A DNA stretch of 64,000 nucleotides from Chiloscyllium plagiosum (Eukaryota): NCBI RefSeq assembly GCF_004010195.1, contig NC_057718.1, positions 69,433,098 through 69,497,097 of the forward strand. Direction: 5' to 3'. The translations under genes were made by a program, and so were the position numbers. The notes under the pieces were generated by a model. The model was not told the origin of the DNA and did no database searches. It saw only the letters and a program-made list of their open reading frames with translations. Below are positions 37,338 to 49,213 of this stretch, one piece after another. Each line of letters opens with the position of its first letter. Within the stretch, counting starts at the first letter, position 1.

Positions 37338-38345
37338 GAGAAAGTGAGGACAGCAGATGCTGGAGATCAGAGTCAAACATTGTGGCGCTGGAAAAGCACA
37401 GCAGGTCAGACGTCCTTCCTCCAGGTGTCGGGTGGCTTAGATTTGGCAGTAAAGGAGGTCCAGGACTAACATGTTCTGGGTGGAGTGGGAGGGGCAGTTG
37501 AAGTGGTCGGCCATAGGACAGCGAGGTTGTTTGGTGCGTGTCCTCCAGAGATGTTCTCTGAAACGTTCCGTGAGTTGGCATCCTGTCTCCCCAATGTACA
37601 GGAGTCCACATCGAGAGCAATGGACACAGTAGACAGGTGTTTGAATGTGCAGGAAAATCTCTGCCAGATGTGGAAGGATCCTTTGGGGCCTTTGACAGAG
37701 GTGAGGGGGGAGGTGTGGGCACAGATTTTACACCTCTTGTGGTAGCAAGAGAAGGTGTCAGGAGTGGAGGGTGGGTTGGTGTGGGAGGGGTGGAGGGGCA
37801 TGTAGAGCTAATGAGGAAATTATGGAGGGAGTGGTCTCTGCGGAATGCTGACAGGGAATGGGAGGGAAATATATCTCTGGTGGTGGGGTCTGATTGTAAG
37901 TAGCAGAAATGGTGGAGAATAATGCGTTGTAATGCCACTTGAAACCTGGAGGAAGAATGTCTCATCTTCTGCCTTGGGATCTTCCAACCACATGACATTA
38001 ACATTGACTTCACCAGTTTTCTCATTTCCCGTCACGCCCGCCTCATCCCAGGACCAACCCTCCAACTCGGCACCACCCTCTTGAACTGTCCTACCTGTCC
38101 ATCTTCCTTCCCACATATCCACTCCACCCTCCCCTCTAAGCTATGACTATCACCCACCACCTCTACCTACTCATCGTCTCCATTTACCCTGAGCCCCACT
38201 CCATCCTTCTACTTATCTCAGTCCCCTTCACCACCACCACCCCCACATTCCTGATGAAGGGCTTTTGCCTGAAACATTAATTCACCTGCTCCTCAGATGC
38301 TGCCTGATCTGCTGTGCTTTTCCAGCATCACACTTTTCAATTCTA
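37338..38345. mobile_element. PLE family A insertion with inverted GIY-YIG segment
   Basis: Inverted terminal piece 37338-37408, minus-strand CKICAHT...KGPKGSFHIWQRFSCT segment, plus-strand 3' end with CTGATGAAGGGCTTTTGCCTGAAAC at 38251. Confidence 0.8.
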
Positions 38346-38699
38346 GTTCAAACTAGTTGACAAAACATCAAAACAAGCCTAAGATTTCCAATCACACAGC
38401 TAATTGATACATGTTTCAATTTCAGAAGTGTCTGTAATCTGCAGCTACTTACAGATACATTTTTCTGTATAAATCTTAGAAAAACACTTTACCTCTTAAA
38501 GGAACCACACACTCCTCCACCCCTATCATTTTTGCTTTCACAAACCAATTCTAGCTTCCTGCCTTCCAATTCATGATTACTGTGCATAGCTTCATAACAC
38601 AAAACGCAAAAATGTATGGTGTAGTAGTCACTAAAATGCTCTCCATCATGCCATCTTCAACACCTGTCTGACATCATTCCTCAGAATTTGGTCTAGTTC

Positions 38700-39080
38700 T
38701 TATAGAGGTTTATAAAATCATGAGGAGCTTGGCTAGGGTGAATAGACAAGGTCATTTTTTCCCCCAGGGCAGGGGACTCCAAAACTAGAGGGAGTAGTTT
38801 TAAGTTGAGAAGAGAAAGATTTAAAAGGGACCAAAGGGGCAACTTTTTCATGCAGAGGATGGTTCATGTATGGAATAAGCTGTCAGAGGAAGTGATGGAG
38901 GCTGGAACAATTACAACATTTAAAAGGCATCTGGATGGGTATATGAATAGGAAGAGTTTAGAGGGATATGGACCAAATGTTGGCAAATGGGACTAGATTA
39001 ATTTGGGATATCTTGTTGGCATGGGCGAGTTGGACCAAAAGGTCTGTTTCTGTGCTGTACAATTTTGTGACTCTCTATGA
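38700..39080 (+). mobile_element. CR1 LINE 3' end
   Basis: ERFKRDQRGNFFMQRMVHVWNKL...FKRHLDGYM. Confidence 0.9.
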
Positions 39081-40639
39081 TCCTATCAATTTTTTTGAAT
39101 TCACTCATAAAACATGGGCATTGCTGGCTTGCAGCACCTACTGAGCATCTCTAATTACACTTGAGAAGATGGTGCTGAGCTGCCTTCTTGAACTGCTACA
39201 GTTCACATACCGTAGGTTGACCCATAATGCTCTCAGAGAGGGAATCCCAGGATTTTGACCTAGCAACAGTGAAGAACACCAACATATTTCCAAGGATGTG
39301 AGTGGCTTGCAGATGGTGACGTTCCCATGTATCTGCTTTGCCCTTCTAGATGGACATTGTGGTATGTTTGAAATGTGCTATCTAAGGATCCTTGGTTAAT
39401 TTATGCAGTGTATCTGGTAGATTATACACACTGCTGTTACTGAGCATCAGTGATGGAGGGAGTAGATGCTATGGAGGAGGTACCAATCAAGTGAGTTGCT
39501 TCCTCCTGGATAGTGTCAAGCTTCTTGAGTGTTGACGGTGCTGCACCCATCAGAAATGCATTCCATCACACATCTGAATGCATGCCTTGTTGATTTTGGA
39601 CAGGCTTCGATGAGGCAGGAGGTGAGCTACTGGCTGTATTCATAGGCTCTGTTCCTGCTCTTGTAGGCACTGCATTTACGTGACAAGTCTAGTTGAGTTT
39701 CTGGTCAATGAAAGCCCAAGGACATTGATAGTGGGGGATTCAGTGATGGTAATACCATTGAAGCAAGAGTGTGGTGCTGGAAAAGCACAGGAGGTCAGGG
39801 AGCATCCGAGGAGCAGGAAAATCGACGTTTTGGGCAAAAGTCCTTCATCAGGAATGGTTCCTGATGAAGGGCTATTGCCCAAAACTTTGATTTTCCTGCT
39901 CCTCGGATGCTCCCTGACCTCCTGTGCTTTTCCAGCACCACATTCTCAACTGTTATCTCCAGCATCTGCAGTCCTCACCATTGACTGTCAAGGGGCAATA
40001 CGATTATATTGCCTTTTATCGGGGTTGCGCATTGTCTGGCACTTGTGTGGTGCATATGTTACTTTTAAATCATCCCAAGCCCAGATATCGTCCAGAACTT
40101 GTTGCATTTGAACATGGACTGTTTCAGTATCTGAGTCATCGTGAATGGTGCTGAACATGTTCACGAATGTTTGCATAATCTCCACTTCTGACATAACATC
40201 AGCTCATTAATGAAGCAGTTGAAGATGGTTGGCTTTTTCATGCAGAGGGTGGTGTGTGCATCAATACCACTTAATTGATGATTGAGTGACTGATGGGGTA
40301 GTAATTGGCTGGGTTGGACTTCAAACCACTTTTTGTGTACAGGACGTATCTGAGCAATTTCCAATATTGAGATGCCAGTGTTGTAACTGTACTAGAACAG
40401 CTAGTCAGGGTAGCTGCAAATTTTGGAGCACAAGTTTACAGTATCATTGCCAGAATGTTGTCAGGGGCCCATAGCCTTTGCTACATCCAGCGCCTTCAAC
40501 AATTTCTTGAAATCACATGGATTGAATCGAATTGGCTGAAGACTGGAATCTGTACTGCTTGGGACTACTTGAGGAGACTGAGGTGTACCATTCATTTGGT
40601 ACTTCTGGCTGGAGGTTGCTGCAAAATACATCAGCCTTA

Positions 40640-40942
40640 CCGTAGCACTGTTCCCTCACCAGGGACGAGTATCTGTGTGGAGTTTGCACATTCTCCCCAT
40701 GTCTGCGTGGGTTTCCTCCAGTTTCCTCCCACAGTCCAAAGATGTGCAGATTAGGTAGATTGACCATGCTAAAAACTACCCAGTAGTGTACAGGGATGTG
40801 CAGATTAAGTGGGTTCAGCATGGTAAAATCCCCAAGCAGGGTTATGAGCATGGGTTGAGGGTAGGGTCTGGGTGGGATACTCTTCAGAGAGTATAGACTC
40901 AATGGACCTAATTGCCTGTTTCTGCACTGTAGGAATTCTATG
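40640..40942 (+). mobile_element. HE1-type V-SINE (truncated head)
   Basis: V-domain gtgtggagtttgcacattctccccatgtctgcgtgggtttcc. Confidence 0.85.
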
Positions 40943-41199
40943 TATTTATTATTCTTTTGCACACTCACTCCTCACAACTGAGACTTCTCATTCCAGGCAA
41001 CATTCTGGTGAATCTCTTCTCATCATTCTGTTAGAGTAGTGACCAGAACTGCACACAGTATTCCATGAGTGGCATACTCGATGTTTTAGAAATAAGACTT
41101 CTTTGCTCCTGTATTGTACACTCCAGCCAATGAAGACAGCTATTTTTCTAATTGAAAAATGTTGAATCAATCTAGGTGAATCTTTCTCAACCAATTTCA

Positions 41200-42590
41200 G
41201 CACAACAAGCTTGGTCCAAACTGTTTACTACAATCAGTGGTAACTGAACCAGCCACTTCTCATAAGAGACCAAAACCAAAGTTGTACTCTTAAACTCTAA
41301 AGGTTCCCTGGTATAGGTTCTCAGTCCAGCTGAGGTCTTGCACAAACTTAAGGCTTGGTGTTCAGAGCGAATTTTGCTAAAGAATGCTTCTGCAATCACT
41401 GAAATGGCTGTGCCAGTATTGACCTTTATTTGAACTGGGTGACCATTTCATCAGACATTTATTTTGATTAGTTCTGATTTTCACTTTCTTAAGCAATTTA
41501 ACTGTTCCAAACCAGATATAGGTGGATTTTCCAGGGTGTGCACTCTCCTGGATACTGGCCTAGGATTGATCTTGCTCAATCTAGGTCTAGTAGAGTCTTT
41601 TGCTGTCTCATATCTGCATATGTGGTAGCAACAACAACGGCTTGACAGGCCGGATCCAAAGAACATTTTAACTGTTTGGCCAAGTCTCGGTTTTATTTTG
41701 AGGTTTTGCTATGAGCTGACCTACAATCCCTCTGTTCAGGATGTGTCCTGAGTGAGGCAATGCAGTTGCCTTCACATAAGTGGTGTTCCCCAAACTCAGT
41801 CGGACTGGCGAGGATGTCCACTTCCATCGGAATACCGTGCTACTCATAGCTTCCAATTGCCTCATAGCTTCCAATGATAAAGCCAGTTATAGTCCCTGTT
41901 TGGAGTCTGGTTGGGCTTCAGCTATTACTGTAGATGCTTTTGCATGGTTGCATCATTAATTGCACATATCAAACAGTCTCTCAGCATCTCATTAAGAGTC
42001 AAACCAAAGTCACATGTCTCTGCCAGTTGTCTTAACCGAGTCAAAAATCCCAATATGGATTCTCCCAGTTCTCAAATTGCCATGTAAAACTGATAGCATC
42101 TTAGAATTAGAGGTCATAATATTCCTTAACTAAATCTATCAATTCCTGAAAGATTTAAGGATCTTGTGCCTCCGGAAAGTCAGGCTCTGAATAATTGAAA
42201 AAGCTTTGGGTCAGGAGAATTTCTCATTGCTTTTCATCTACCCCAATGTCATCTGCCCGGGGAAACTAATTAATTCTTTCCACATACTGGGTGCAGTCTT
42301 CATCTGCAGGGTCAAATGAATCAAGCTTCCCAAATAACAGCATGAGGCCAGAAATGCTTATCCCAACTCATAGACAACTGTTGCAGGTGAGTTTCTTCAA
42401 GAGTATGCTTTTCTCTTGTCACCAATGAAATAATTCCACAGAGGCTGGTATCCCATCACAAGTCACCCTTTATTTACATGTACCTTGACACTGATCCAGT
42501 TCCTTCAGAGCCAGCTCTCAGAGTGAACTTGACATCTGACACTCTTGCTATTCTCTGTCAGCCATGACTCCCTAGTTGGACCAGAGAGTT
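41200..42590 (-). mobile_element. Gypsy-type LTR retrotransposon relic (partial LTR, PBS, gag, protease)
   Basis: Minus strand: LTR end ...tttca at 42426, then PBS-like TGGTGAC; gag-like LFGKLDSFDPADED and LAETCDFGLTLNEMLRDCLICAIND; protease-like NGHPVQIKVNTGTAISVI. Confidence 0.75.
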
Positions 42591-42679
42591 GCGACAGAGA
42601 GATCTGAGTCTTTTGACTACTGTGCAAGGTTGTGCAATCAGTTTCTGGATTGTTGTCTGTAGTTAATAAGGTTTGAAAT

Positions 42680-45010
42680 GGCAGGAGAACTTGGCCACAT
42701 GGAATATTCTTCTTGAAATATGTGGGAAATGAGGGACACTTCTTGTATGCAGGCAATGTGTTGAGCTGCAGCTCCCAGTTTGGCACAAGGAATGCCTGAA
42801 GCTGTGGATGAACTGACAATGGTACATCAATGAGGCTGAGAATGTTGTGGATAGCATGTTTAGCGTGCTGCTCACACGCCTGTAAGGGCTATGCAGATAG
42901 AGAAAAGTTGGGTGACCACCCAGAAGACCACAAAGCTTGGGCAGGCAGCGCAGGAGTCTCCTGTGGCCATTCCCCTCCCAAACAAGTGCACTGTTGGAGG
43001 GTTGCCCTCTCTAGTAAAGCAGCAGCAGCAACCAGATCAGTAGTAGCCTCAGAGCAGTAGCGATATTAGACTCTAGAGTCAGGGGCACAGATTGGCATTT
43101 CTGTCGCTGCAGGCGAGTCTCCAACAGGCAATAGTGGAACAGATATGTGGTCAGATTATGGTGCCAAGATCAAGGATGTTTCTATGGGTGTAAGGCATGT
43201 GAGGAGTATGATAGGTAAGGCAGAAGAAGTTATAGTTTGGATTAATACATATAACTATGATGCTGTAGCTGTTACAGAGACTTGGTTGGGGGGGGGGGGG
43301 CAAGACTGGCAGCATAATATTCTAGGATTTAGATGTTTCAGACGAGATAGAGGGGGATGTAAAAGAGACAGGGAGTTGTGTTACTGATCAGAAAGAATAT
43401 CACAGCTATACCGAGGGAAGACATTTCAGAAGGTTCTTACAGTGAGTCTATGTGGATGGAGCTCAGGAATAGGAAGGGTGCAATCACTTCCATGGAATTT
43501 TAATACAGGCTTTCTGACAGCCAGCAGGCAATAGTGGAACAGATATGTGGTCAGATTATGGTAAATATGTAACAACAACAGGATGGTTATGGTGAGTGAT
43601 TTTAACTTCCCCTCTGTTAACCAGGACACGCTTAGTGCTAAGAGCTTGAATGGGGGTGGGGAATGTGGAGGTTTGTTATGTGCTTCCAGGAAGACTTCTT
43701 GAAACAATCTGTAAATAGTCCAATGAGGAGGGATCCATTCTGGACCTGGTATTGGGCAGCAAGCGCAGCCAGGTGATCCATGTCTCAGTGGGGAGTAGTT
43801 CAGGAACAGTGACCATAATTCTGTACATTTTTAATTACTTATGAATAAGGACAAATGTGGTCCTTAGGTGAAAGCATGAAGTTGGGGGAAGATTAACAAC
43901 CACAATATTAGACAGGAACTGGGGAATATAGATTGTGGGGTGGTTGTCTCAGAATAAATTCCAGCCTCGGGTGACTGTCTGTGTGGAGTTTGCACATTCT
44001 CCCTGTATCTGCGTGGGTTTCCTCTGGGTGCTTTGGTTTCCTCCCACAGTCCAAAGATGTGCAGGTTATGTGAATTGGCCATGCTAAATTGCCCGTAGTG
44101 TTAGGTGCATTAGCCAGAGGGAAATAGGTCTGGGTAGGTTACTCTTCGGAGGGTCGGTGTGGATTGGTTGGGCCGAAAGTCTGTTTCCACTCTGTAGGGA
44201 ATTTAATCTAATCAAAATTCACATCTGGCTGTGGGAATCTTTTAAAGGCCAATTGATTTGAATTCAGCACAAACATGAAGATGAAGGACAAGCCTGACAA
44301 GATTCAGGGACCTTGGAAACAGAGTAGTTGTGGGCTTGTGCAAAAGAAAAAGGAGATATATATATAAGGTTTAGGAAACTGAAGACAGTCAGGGCTCTCA
44401 AAGAATACAAAGACAGCAGGGAAAAACTTGCACAATGAATTAGGAGGGCTAAAAGGGGTAATGAACTTCCTTTGGCAAAAGTAAATCATAAGGAATTTTA
44501 CACTTAAAGAGCAAGGGGGTAGCTAGGGAAAGGCAGGTAGAAAAATGGGGGAATTTATGGGTAGATCAAGAGGAAGTGGGCATGAGGTCCTTAACAAACA
44601 CTTCGTATCGGTATTCTTAGAGGAGGAGGACATGGTAATGGTGAGTTTTGAGAGGGTGTGTTGATTTCTTAGGCATATCATTATAAAAATTGAGGTAGTG
44701 TTGAGTGTTTTCAAAAACATGAAGGTTAACAAGTCCCCAGGACCTGATGGGATCTAGCCCAGAATGCTGAGGGAGACAGGTGAGGACACTGTTGGGGTCT
44801 TGTTTGAAATTTTTGTATTCTCTTTGGTCACAGGAGAGGTCCCAGAGGACTGGAGAATAGCCAACGTTGTTCTGTTTTTTAAAAAGGCAATACGGATAAT
44901 CTGAGGAATTACAGGCCAGTCAGCCTTATGCTTGTACTAGAGAAATTATTGGAGAACATTATTAATGATAGGAGTTACGTATTTGGTGAAATATGGATTT
45001 ATAAAATTCC
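42680..45010 (+). mobile_element. CR1 LINE (ORF1 remnant, endonuclease, RT start)
   Basis: YDAVAVTETWL...GFRCFRRDR endonuclease; KSPGPDGI and GEVPEDWRIANVV motifs. Confidence 0.85.
43948..44213 (+). mobile_element. HE1-type V-SINE inserted in CR1
   Basis: V-domain and tail interrupt the CR1 ORF2 remnant. Confidence 0.85.
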
Positions 45011-45036
45011 ATTGCCTTAACAAAAGGATGTTTAAT

Positions 45037-45362
45037 AGAATCCCTACAGTATGGAAACAGGCCAGATGGCCCATCAGGTTCCCATTGACACTCCAAAGAG
45101 GCATCCCACCCTATCCCCATAAGCCTTCATTCGCCATGGCTAGTCCACCTAGCCTGCACCTCCCTGGACACTATGGGCAATTTAGCATGGCCATCCACTT
45201 AATCTGCACATCTTTGGACTGTGGGAGGAAACCAGCGCACCCCGGAGGAAACCTACACAGCCAGAGGGAGAATGTGCAAATAGTCGTCCAAGAGTGGAAT
45301 AGAACCTGGATATGTGGCGCTGTGAGGCAGCAGTGCTAACCACTGAGCCATTGTGCCACCCC
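45037..45362 (-). mobile_element. HE1-type V-SINE
   Basis: Reverse head gcagcagtgctaaccactgagccattgtgccacccc. Confidence 0.85.
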
Positions 45363-46379
45363 TATGAAATGTGGACAATGCACATTGCCTGGACAACGAA
45401 GCAGCAGTGCAGCCCTGTTTCTGCCTGATATTAATCCAGGGACCTTTCGTATGGCCATAGAAACACAGTGTGGCTACTGACCCACTGGAGATTCCATGTT
45501 GACCCTCATCAGAGATCACTTTGGAAGAAACAGATTACATTTTGTAAGAAAATTATGTTCTTTTCTCCAACTAATTTTTTGAATGAAGCCCCTGTCAGTA
45601 TAAACAAGATTGGATGTTGAAAAATGCGAGCTGGTTAGATTCAATGGTTTCGACTGACCTATAATTTTGCATATTCCCTGACCATTTTGTTTTATACTTA
45701 TAAAGTGTCTGGCTTGGATCCACTTCAAGTTTCAACATTTGAACTCATTAGCTTATCACTGTCTTGCAGCATATATTCCATGAAATATATTGAGGGCAAA
45801 ATGTGATTCCTGTGAACATGAGCCTGATTTGGCCCTGCACAGCCTTAGATTACCTAAAAACATGTCACCAATACTGATTCTTTGAGATTTCAATTCCAAT
45901 ATGCTGTAAGTAAAACTTATTTGTTGACACATTAAGTGAGCTGACAGATCTTTTGGCAAGATAAACTACATCTGAAACACATCATTCCCTTCTGGTTGAC
46001 ACACATGTTTTTCTGTAGAGCTCGCACATTTTACTGTGTGCTAATTCCAAGAGAAGCAGAAAACATTCACACAAACCAGAAAACAGAAGGACTTGCGCAA
46101 ATGAGAAGTGCCAGTTAGTTGACATTATAAGGGTGAATGGCAGCCACTAGTAAGTTCACAGAGGTTTCATGACTGCTGACAACTAGCAGTTTTTCAGTTA
46201 GTCTATACAAACCATTCTAACGCAGTTGCACGTTATTTATTTGGTGTATGCCAACTTTGACTATTTGATACAGTATTAAAAGTAGTCTGAGAAAGTATTA
46301 AATTGATCAAAGAGACATTTCATCTTTCACCTTAAACATGGTAGAAACATGTTAGCTAAAACAGGAATAAGACGACAGA

Positions 46380-47160
46380 TCAGATAAATGCATGGCTCGA
46401 GAAACGGTATACCAGGGAGGGGTGTAGATTCTTAAGGCATTGGGACCATTTCTGGGGAAGGTGGGATATGTACAAGCCTGACAGAGTGCACCTGGGCAGA
46501 GCTAGAACACATATCCTCGTGGAGGCTTTTGCTAGTTCTGTTGATGATGTTTTAAACTTGTATAGTGGGGGGTTGGGGACCAAGTGTAGGCTTAGTGGGT
46601 CAGATTCAGATCAGGAAATGGGAGGCAGAACATTAGTTAGTAATGTAGTCAGCAACTCAAAGACAAAAGTAATGAAGATTTAAAACCATTCAGGAAAGAA
46701 AATTGACAGCGCTGAGCTGCTTATGCTTCAATGCAAGGAATATTATAAACAACGCAGAAGAACTAATGGCATAGACAAGTACATGGCAGAAGAATGTCAT
46801 TGCTATAATGGAAACCTGGCTAAAGGAGGGGCAAAATCAGCAGGTCAATATCCCTAGATATAGAGCTTTCAGACATGACACAGTGGGTGTCAAAAAGAGG
46901 GGTACAGTTGGTAAGTTGTTAAAAAAAATCACAGCTGTGAGAAGGAATGAAGCACTAAATGGGTTAACAAATGAGGCTTTATGGGTTGATCTTAGGAAAA
47001 AAAAAGAGGCAGTCAAGGTATTAGGAATATGCAATAGAACCCCAATAGTGGGAGGGAGATAGAAGAACACATAAGTAGACAGGTTTCTACCTGTAGGAAT
47101 AAGAGGGCAAAAATAGTAGGCTACTTTAACGGGGTTTGAAACAATACAGGGAACGTTGAG
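46380..47160 (+). mobile_element. CR1 ORF1 end and endonuclease fragment
   Basis: YKPDRVHLGRART (esterase end) and METWLKEGQNQQVNIPRYRAFRHD. Confidence 0.75.
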
Positions 47161-47184
47161 GGTGAAAGATTCATGTTCTGTGTA

Positions 47185-48290
47185 GAGATGCACAGTCTGG
47201 AAACAGACCCTTTGATCTAACTCGTTCATGCCAACCATAATTTTATCCCATTTGCCAGAATTAGGTCCATATCCCTCTAAGCTTATTCATGTACCAATCC
47301 AGATGCCTTTTATATCCACAAACTTACTAACTATAGCTCTTATGCTCGCAACCAAATCATTTATATAAATGACGAAAAGTAGAGGCCCCAGCACCGATCG
47401 TTGTGGACTCCACCGGTCACAGGCCACCACCACCCTCTGTTTTCTACCATTGAGCCAATTCTGTATCTACCTTGTTGAACGCCTTACCGAAGTCCATATA
47501 GATCACATCTACCGCTCTGTCCTCATCAATCTTCTTTGTTACTTCTTCAAAAAACTTAATCAAGTTTGTGAGACATGATTTCCCACGCACAAAGCCATGT
47601 TGACTATCCCTAATCAGTTCTTGTCTTTCTAAATACGTGTACATTCTGTCTGTCAGGATTCCCTCCAACAACTTGCTCACCACCAATGTCAGGCTCACTG
47701 GTCTATAGTTCCCTGGCTTGTCCTTACCTCCCTTCTTAAACAGTGGAACCATGTTAGCCAACCTCCAGTCTTCCGGCACCTCATCTGTGACTATTGATAA
47801 TACATATTTCTCAGCAAGAGGCCCAGCAATCATTTCTATAGCTTCCCACAGAATTCTAGGGTACACCTGATCAGGTCCTGGGGATTTAACCACCTTTATA
47901 CGTTTCAAGACATCCAGCACTTCCTATTCTGTAATATGAACATTTTTCAAGATGTCACTATCTATTTCCCTACGTTCTATATCTTCCATGTCCTTTTCCA
48001 CAGTACATTCTGATACAAAATATTCATTTAGTACCTCCCCCAGTTTCTGTGGCTTCACACAAAGGCTGCCTTGCTGATCTTTGAGGGGCCCTATTCTTTC
48101 CCTAGTTACCCTTTTGTCCTTAATGTGTTTGTAAAAACCCTTTGGATTCTCCTTAATTTTATTTGCCAAAGCTATGTCCCCTTCTTGCCCTCCTGATTTC
48201 CCTCTTAAGTATACTCCTACTGCCTTTATACTCTAAGGATTCATTTGATCTATCCTCTCTATACCTTACATATGCTTCCTTCTTTTTGTA
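47185..48290 (-). mobile_element. CR1 LINE RT fragment, internally deleted
   Basis: KSPGPDQVYPRIL...VPEDWRLANMVPLFKKG...GNYRPVSLT...QHGFVRGKSCLTNLIKFFEEVT...VDVIYMDFGKAFNKV. Confidence 0.95.
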
Positions 48291-48349
48291 AAAGCCCAGG
48301 GAAACAAGCCAATCTGTTGATTTTGATTCAAAGTTGATTTAGTATTAGA

Positions 48350-49040
48350 AAACAAAGTGTAATGGTCAGGCAGGAAAGTAGATGTAGTTCAACTTTGGTA
48401 AGTACGAGTTAATGCTTTTAGAAAGGTCAAACTATTAAAAGGAACATACAAAAAAAAACTGCGAGCGATAGATGAAATGACAGATCTTGGCATGCAAGTA
48501 TACAATCTCTAAGGGTAGCAGTATAGGGAGACAAGCTTGTAAAGAAGACATATGGAATGCTCTCCTGCATTTGGCAGAGGTATAGAATACAAAAATAGGG
48601 ATATAATTATGAAACTGTATAAGACACTGGTGAGGCCACAACTGGAATATTGAAAGTGTGGGCATAATTGCAATGGAAAGATTGCAAAGATGATTTACCA
48701 GAATATTGCCGAGGCTTGAGAATTGTGGTTATGAGGAGCAATTAGAAAGACTGGGATAGTTTTCCTTGGAACAGAGAAAGCTGCGGGGTGACATGATTGA
48801 GGCATATAAAATTGCGAGGGGTAGAGATAGAGTAGACAGGAGAACTCTGTTTCCCCTGATACCTTAAACATTTCATCCAAGTACCTGGATCTGCACCTTA
48901 CGTGCTTGTAAGATGCAGGGCAATGGGCCATATGCAAGAAGATGGGATGAGAAAAGACACTGAGGTGGCTTTGGGTCAGCCTGGACAAGATGGGCAATTG
49001 ACCCTCTTCTGTGCTCCATCATTTCTATGGTTCTGTGGTT
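48350..49040 (+). mobile_element. CR1 LINE 3' fragment
   Basis: LYKTLVRPQLEY, and RKLRGDMIEAYKI, read on the + strand. Confidence 0.75.
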
Positions 49041-49132
49041 TTGTTTCTATACCTCATAGACATTTATAAGAGAGTGTACAGAACATTAAACAATGCAGAG
49101 CAGAAAGAGAAGCAACCACAACCAGACAGTAC

Positions 49133-49213
49133 CTTCTTTAATGTCTAAAGAATCCAATGAATCGCCTTCTGCGGGAATGGTTAGCAGATCCCAGTCCATT
49201 CCAGAAGCCTCTT
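49133..49213 (-). CDS. FNDC1: FNDC1 exon (EEASGMDWDLLTIPAEGDSLDSLDIKE)
   Basis: Acceptor ttttcaatag|AA, donor GAA G|gtactg, 81 nt, phase 1 to 1; resembles recalled human EDEFSGLETD. Confidence 0.75.

Noticed and set aside
47444..48169. Functional reverse transcriptase gene
   Set aside because: Stops and internal deletions; a CR1 fragment only.
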